Part shown: in pieces, positions 60,101-64,000 of the stretch
How the letters are laid out: every line of letters starts with the position of its first letter
Numbering within the stretch: the first letter of the stretch is position 1
DNA from: an uncultured Eubacteriales bacterium
GTDB lineage: Bacteria > Bacillota > Clostridia > Christensenellales > CAG-917
DNA: 64,000 nucleotides
Direction: 5' to 3'
Assembly (NCBI GenBank): GCA_900545885.1
Contig: URAF01000005.1
Coordinates: 53,659-117,658 of the forward strand
Notes under the pieces: model-generated
What the model saw: only the letters and a program-made list of their open reading frames with translations
Databases searched by the model: none
Told to the model about the DNA's origin: nothing
Position numbers and translations under genes: made by a program

Positions 60101-60683
60101 GCTATTTGTCAAGGACTACGACGAAAACGGCGAAGAAGTGTCCAAAGTAAACTCCGAACTCGGCGGACGCACGGTGAGAATGGGCTGTATCATTGAGTCG
60201 TACGAACGCAAGATGACGGGCAAACAACAACGGTTTGCGGTGGGACGTCTTGAAGACAGAGAAGGCGCAATCGCGTTTTCCATGTATCCCAGAGCATACG
60301 AACAGTACGGAGCTTTGCTCGACGGCGACGCGCCCGTCAAAGTGTACGGCAAAATCGACCTGCGCGACGAGAGCGAACCCAAAATCAGCGTGGAAAAACT
60401 CGAACCGTGGCAGAATTCGCAGAAGAAGGAGAGCAATTCAGCAAGCGGCAAAGAAGTGGTGTACGTTTTCATAGAAGACGACACCGTGCGCAAACTTGTC
60501 GCGGGCGTGCTTGCAATGTTCCCCGGCGAAGTTCCCGTCAGGGCGCAGGTGTGCGAAAACGGCAAAATGTGCCTTAAATCCTTCAAGCAGACCGTCGAAC
60601 CCTGCGACGAACTCATTCGCAGAATAGCAAACATAGTCGGCGACGCGAGAGTGCGTTACGACAAGCCTTCCGTCAAGAAATAA
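57111..60683 (+). CDS. dnaE: DNA polymerase III alpha subunit (DnaE type)
   Basis: 1190 aa. It has an N-terminal PHP domain (FVHLHLHSEYSLLDG), polymerase core blocks (GRGSGVGS, PDFDIDF, HAAG) and a C-terminal OB region. Confidence 0.97.
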   Translation: MSDFVHLHLHSEYSLLDGAIRLMQNVLSDKESDKILHVSPLCDALKEMGMNAVAITDHGNLYGVHTFVSAMRDHGIKPIIGSEFYVADNLYVKTPENLHKRDHLILLAKNLTGYKNLMKLSTISFVDGFYMKPRIDLDTLEKYSEGLICCSACLAGGIPSLLLKNDYEGAKAYALRLKNMFEEGDFYIELQDHGLEEEKRILNTLVKLARDIGVKVVATNDVHYLRREDADIQDTMMCINLQCKKTDSVSVRFDNDNFYLKSGEEMEELFSWIPEAIESTREIADKVDGDYFVVKYKKTFIPHFETEDMNGRDSRQYLYDLAWKNIHRRYSEITPEIQQRLDYELGVINQCGFNDYFLIVWDFVHAAKQRGIPVGPGRGSGVGSLVAYSIGITDVDPLRYNLLFERFLSVERVSMPDFDIDFCFVRRPEIIEYVVGKYGAPNVAQIIAYSTMSAKAAVKDVARVFDVPYTDANNWVKDIPVGKVLLRQCLSPSSKLYSEDFAKLYNSNPTAKNVIDTAIQLEGMPRQTSMHAAGVVICGDPIVEHVPLSRNGNDITTQFDKTMVEAQGLLKMDFLGLKTLTDISEALKLVKEDKGRVIDFNELGYEDPNVYNLIASGDCEAVFQLEGGGIKKFMMQLQPNSLEDVMAGISMYRPGPMQFLDIFIQGKRNPQGVKYAHPLLKKVLETTYGCIVYQEQVMQIAQIIAGYSFGGADIMRRAIAKKKLDVLMEQKEIFLHGGVLPGDTTQRHIPGAVANGVSEEIAAELFEQILKFAEYAFNKSHAAAYAVLAYQTGFLKCYYPTHFITAVINNRITNADETKHYINYLRRMGVKILAPDINRSKKVFSIENDNVRYGLMGIKNVGEQAMEFVLRERENGPFTDIRNFIERCSGQVNKRMIESLIKGGAFDSFGKTRSTLMASYERIMDAVNSDKKNKMDGQMSLFDDLIEDVTVKYTELPEYDKMHILAGEKEVLGMYVSGHPLDDYSDTRHEFDFDTSMLFVKDYDENGEEVSKVNSELGGRTVRMGCIIESYERKMTGKQQRFAVGRLEDREGAIAFSMYPRAYEQYGALLDGDAPVKVYGKIDLRDESEPKISVEKLEPWQNSQKKESNSASGKEVVYVFIEDDTVRKLVAGVLAMFPGEVPVRAQVCENGKMCLKSFKQTVEPCDELIRRIANIVGDARVRYDKPSVKK

Positions 60684-60730
60684 ACTTGGTCGGATAAACA
60701 TTTTCGGATAAATACAGTCGGATATAAAGC

Positions 60731-60760
60731 CGCGGCGGACGTATCTTTTCGTCCGCCGCG
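60731..60760 (+). other. GC-rich hairpin after dnaE (no U-tract)
   Basis: CGCGGCGGACG (60731-60741) / CGTCCGCCGCG (60750-60760). Confidence 0.6.
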
Positions 60761-60862
60761 CATGTAAAGCAACGTTAAGATTTTCCGCAATTCGCCTACG
60801 GTTTGCCCGTGGTATGTTGCGGACAACGATTTTTGACAAACGCACGTTTATGTGCGTTTAAC

Positions 60863-60895
60863 CTTATCCGCATTGCGGGTAAGATTATTTTTTTG
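60863..60895 (+). terminator. canonical intrinsic terminator in the dnaE-pfkA spacer
   Basis: CTTATCCG / CGGGTAAG stem (one G-U pair), then ATTATTTTTTT. It is preceded by the hairpin AAACGCAC/GTGCGTTT at 60838-60859. Confidence 0.65.
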
Positions 60896-60896
60896 C

Positions 60897-60925
60897 TTTA
60901 CTTTTTAACTATTCGATTATATAAT
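60897..60925 (+). promoter_or_regulatory. sigma-70-type promoter of pfkA
   Basis: TTTACT (60897-60902), 17 nt spacer, TATAAT (60920-60925). Confidence 0.6.
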
Positions 60926-60976
60926 GAATGCGTATACGCGCTTTTTGGCGTAAGTCCTACAAAAAGAGGTAAGTTT

Positions 60977-61966
60977 ATGGCGAAAAACACCCCCAACAAG
61001 GAAAAGAAACTTGCAATTCTCACCAGCGGCGGCGACGCGTCCGGCATGAACGCATGTATCAGAGCGGCAGTCCGTTATGCTATGAGCAAAGGATACGAAG
61101 TTTACGGCGTGCGTCACGGCTACGTTGGACTTATCAATGACGATATATTCGAAATGAAATACAGCAGCGTTTCCAACTGCGTGCATACGGGCGGTACCAT
61201 TCTCCGCACGGGCAGAACAAGCGAATTCAAGAAACCCGAAGTTCTGCAAGCCGCTGTCCACAACCTCACCAAACGCGGCATTCACAACCTCATCGTCATC
61301 GGCGGCGACGGTTCTTTCCGCGGAGTAGAGGACATTCACCAGAACGCCGACATCAACGTTATCGGCATTCCCGGTACCATTGACAACGATATGGGTTACA
61401 CCGACTACACAATCGGTTTCGACACTGCGTGCAACACCGTTCTCGACGCCATGCTCAAACTGCGCGACACCATCACTTCTCACGACAGAATAATGGTTCT
61501 CGAAGTCATGGGCAGAGCCTGCGGCGACATCGCGCTTTATACCTCCGTTGCGGGCGGCGCGGAATACGTCATTCTTCCCGAAGCTCCCGTTGACGTCGAC
61601 GCAATCGCGGCAAGCGTCAAGAAAGGTTTCGACAAAGGCAAGACCTCGACCATTATCGTGCTTGCAGAAGGCAGAGTCGATGTAAAAGACGAACTCATGG
61701 AAAAGGTCAAAGCGTCCACGGGCAGAACGGTCAACCACATCGCATTGAGCTACATTCAGCGCGGCGGCACGCCTTCGATGTTCGACAGAGTTCTTGCAAG
61801 CCGTATGGCGGTGCGTGCAGTCGAACTCATCGAATGCGGGCAGAGCGGCAGAGCGGTCGGCGTACGCGGCGGCGACCTCATCGATATGAACGTCATCGAA
61901 GCGCTCAACTACAAAAAGGAATTCGACACCCAGCTTTACAACATCGCACAGAAAATCAGTAAGTAA
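60977..61966 (+). CDS. pfkA: ATP-dependent 6-phosphofructokinase
   Basis: 329 aa from ATG 60977, with SD AAGAGG. It has LTSGGDASGMNA, IGGDGSFRG, GIPGTIDND and MGRACGD. Confidence 0.95.
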   Translation: MAKNTPNKEKKLAILTSGGDASGMNACIRAAVRYAMSKGYEVYGVRHGYVGLINDDIFEMKYSSVSNCVHTGGTILRTGRTSEFKKPEVLQAAVHNLTKRGIHNLIVIGGDGSFRGVEDIHQNADINVIGIPGTIDNDMGYTDYTIGFDTACNTVLDAMLKLRDTITSHDRIMVLEVMGRACGDIALYTSVAGGAEYVILPEAPVDVDAIAASVKKGFDKGKTSTIIVLAEGRVDVKDELMEKVKASTGRTVNHIALSYIQRGGTPSMFDRVLASRMAVRAVELIECGQSGRAVGVRGGDLIDMNVIEALNYKKEFDTQLYNIAQKISK

Positions 61967-62009
61967 GTTTTCGGAATATTGCGTTTTCAAACCGAAAACC
62001 GCGCACTAC

Positions 62010-62046
62010 AAAAACAGACTCCCTTGCAATCGCAGGGGAGTTTTTG
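62010..62046. terminator. bidirectional terminator between pfkA and luxS
   Basis: ACTCCCTTGC (62018-62027) / GCAGGGGAGT (62032-62041), flanked by AAAAAC upstream and TTTTT downstream. Confidence 0.8.
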
Positions 62047-62112
62047 TATTGTCTTTTTAGTATCGTCTTTTTTTTCTATTCGTGCTTTGTTTTGTTTAAG
62101 CAGGTATTATAT

Positions 62113-62580
62113 TCAGTCGGGGTAGACGAAACGACGGTTTTTCGCAAGGTCGTCGCGGTATTTCTGTACGTAGTATTTTGCCATGTTCAGGTTCTGTTCG
62201 GAGAAGTTGCCGCATTCTTTGGGACGTGCGCCCGGCACTTCGCCGTCGTACGAAAGTATGAAGTCGCACATCGCGATTACGTTGTCCGCAACGTCTTCGG
62301 ATTTGAGGTCGCCGAACATAAGAAGATAAAATCCCGTTCTGCAACCCATAGGTCCGAAATATACGATGTCGTTTGCACGTGCGGAGTTGCGAAGATACGT
62401 CGCGCCAAGATGTTCGATTGTGTGCACGGCGGGCATATCCATTACGGGTTCGCGGTTGGGCATGGTAAAGCGGAGGTCGAACGTTGTGACCGTCACACCG
62501 TCGCGGGAGTCTTTGCGCGATACGTAAAGCCCGGGCATAAGCGTCAGGTGGTTGATGGTGAAACTTTCTATCGTTTTCAT
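62113..62580 (-). CDS. luxS: S-ribosylhomocysteine lyase
   Basis: 155 aa with SD AAGGAG. The metal motif is HTIEH, with a downstream GPMGCRTGFY. Confidence 0.95.
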   Translation of the reverse strand: MKTIESFTINHLTLMPGLYVSRKDSRDGVTVTTFDLRFTMPNREPVMDMPAVHTIEHLGATYLRNSARANDIVYFGPMGCRTGFYLLMFGDLKSEDVADNVIAMCDFILSYDGEVPGARPKECGNFSEQNLNMAKYYVQKYRDDLAKNRRFVYPD

Positions 62581-62906
62581 TTTGCCGATTGAAACTCCTT
62601 GACTGTCGTTTACGGAATTTTACCATTCCGCGCGGATTCTTGCAAGTGTAATGTATGAGCGCAAGTCGCGGATTGTCATTTTTGCGGCGGAACACGGTTT
62701 TCGGAAAAGACTCTTTTGTGAATGCTTTTTTCTTTCGTCAGCCGATTTTTGGGTGTTCGGCCGTCAATTGCGGCGCATTTGCGCACATTGCGCACGTAAT
62801 TTGCGCGCGCGCCAAAGATGTCCGTCTTTTTGCTTGCGAATTCCGCGCAAAAAAGTTATTATATTGTCGACGCAGATTTCTGCCAAATTCGTTTTAAGGA
62901 GTCGTT

Positions 62907-64000
62907 ATGAAAAATTTGAAAGGTGCGTGCATTTTCGGTCAGAGCGGCGGTCCCACTTCCGTTATCAACAGCAGTGCGGCAGGCGTTTTCATCGAAGCGC
63001 TCAAACAGGACAACATCACCGCCGTTTACGGCGCGGAACACGGTATCGTCGGTATCCTCGGCGAGAAATTTTACGATATGTCCAAAGAGGACCCCAAAGA
63101 GCTGGAACTCTTGAAATATACTCCTTCTTCCGCTCTCGGTTCCGCCCGCTATAAACTCAAAGACGCGGCAGAGGACGACACCGATTACAAACGTATTCTC
63201 GAAGTGTTCAAGAAATACAACATCCGCTATTTCTTCTACAACGGCGGCAACGACAGCATGGACACCTGCAACAAGGTCAGCAAATATTTGCAATCCGTAG
63301 GTTACGACTGCAACGTCATCGGCGTGCCCAAGACCATCGACAACGACCTTTACGGCACCGACCATTGCCCCGGATACGCAAGTGCGGCGAAATACATTGC
63401 AACCACCATTATGGAATGCAACCTCGACGCCAAAGTGTACAACTTCGGTCTTGTCTGCATCATCGAAGTTATGGGAAGAAACGCGGGTTGGCTCGCGGCT
63501 TCCGCTGAACTTGCAAACTACAAGGGTCTCGGCGCAGACCTCATTTATCTGCCCGAAATGCCTTTCGACGTGGATAAATTCGTGGCTGACGTCGCGGCTG
63601 TCTGCGAAAGAAACGACAACAAGTGTATCGCAGTTGTTTCCGAAGGCCTCAAAACCGCGGACGGCAAATACGTCGGCGACTTCAAAGCGGGCGCAAACGA
63701 CTTGTTCGGACATGCAACTCTCGGCGGTCTTGCCGGCATTCTCGGCGGCATAATCAAAGAACGCCTGAACGTCAAAGTCCGTCCCATCGAACTCAGCCTT
63801 ATGCAACGTTGCGGCGCACACCTTGCGTCCAAAGTCGACGTTGAGGAAGCATTCAACGCGGGCGCGTTCGCAGTCAAATCCGCAGTCGCGGGCGAAACCG
63901 ACAAAATGGTCGTTTTCGAAAGAGATTACAACGCGAAAGAGTATTCCTGCAAACCCGTTCTTATGCCTCTCGAACTTGCGGCAAACACCGAAAGAACGGT
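62907..64000 (+). CDS. pfp: PFK-family enzyme with PPi-type signature (diphosphate--fructose-6-phosphate 1-phosphotransferase candidate), 3' end beyond window
   Basis: It is not in the ORF track because there is no in-window stop. I translated it by hand from ATG 62907 (SD TAAGGAG): MKNLKGACIFGQSGGPTSVINSS...YNGGNDSMD...GVPKTIDNDL...MGRNAGWL... The frame is open to nt 64000. Confidence 0.85.
   Translation, partial: MKNLKGACIFGQSGGPTSVINSSAAGVFIEALKQDNITAVYGAEHGIVGILGEKFYDMSKEDPKELELLKYTPSSALGSARYKLKDAAEDDTDYKRILEVFKKYNIRYFFYNGGNDSMDTCNKVSKYLQSVGYDCNVIGVPKTIDNDLYGTDHCPGYASAAKYIATTIMECNLDAKVYNFGLVCIIEVMGRNAGWLAASAELANYKGLGADLIYLPEMPFDVDKFVADVAAVCERNDNKCIAVVSEGLKTADGKYVGDFKAGANDLFGHATLGGLAGILGGIIKERLNVKVRPIELSLMQRCGAHLASKVDVEEAFNAGAFAVKSAVAGETDKMVVFERDYNAKEYSCKPVLMPLELAANTERT

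Overview
This is a 64-kb chromosomal segment that looks like it comes from a Bacillota/Clostridia-type bacterium. The evidence is hprK, whiA, a V-type ATPase, GTP-PEPCK, a PPi-PFK, DUF4364, and SD-rich starts. Coding GC is roughly 50-57% by hand counts of single 60-nt lines. All homology calls come from motif recognition by eye and memory, because no searches were possible.

Most genes are on the + strand and are housekeeping:
- rng, an MDR-type dehydrogenase without Zn ligands, DUF4364, a membrane-anchored M20 peptidase, GTP-PEPCK, and an acyl-CoA synthetase.
- rpiB plus a 9-gene ntp-type V-ATPase operon (order as in E. hirae ntpFIKECGABD), then queH.
- rpmE, a DUF1385::PrmC fusion, prfA, an HMGL-family synthase, a small P-loop protein, thrC, and trpS.
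- arsR, uvrC, hprK, murB, a PHP protein, whiA, and dnaE.
- pfkA, luxS, and a PPi-type PFK that runs off the right edge and is absent from the ORF track.

The accessory or unusual parts are:
1. A RAYT/IS200-superfamily HUH transposase bracketed by two near-identical 59-bp hairpin repeats. It sits in a lower-GC block that continues into the 5' end of a 3241-aa MBG/YDG-repeat, membrane-anchored surface protein.
2. A YbbP/MacB-type ABC pair translationally coupled to a 600-aa lipoprotein whose last ~150 codons drop sharply in GC.
3. An operon with a terminator-containing leader, a TM1266-type ACT-like small protein, and a NitT/TauT-type ABC importer. Its binding lipoprotein appears circularly permuted relative to SsuA/NMT1.
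4. A trio of DUF5685, an HPD-less J-like protein with a Cys-rich tail, and a membrane protein.
5. A 1.1-kb AT-rich, A-skewed, ORF-poor segment upstream of pck.
6. Four genes whose start codon lies 5-6 nt after a -10 box with no SD, making them leaderless candidates.

I found no rRNA, tRNA or CRISPR array. Many long ORFs in the track are antisense shadows of real genes. Several track ORFs carry spurious 5' extensions, which I trimmed to SD-supported starts.
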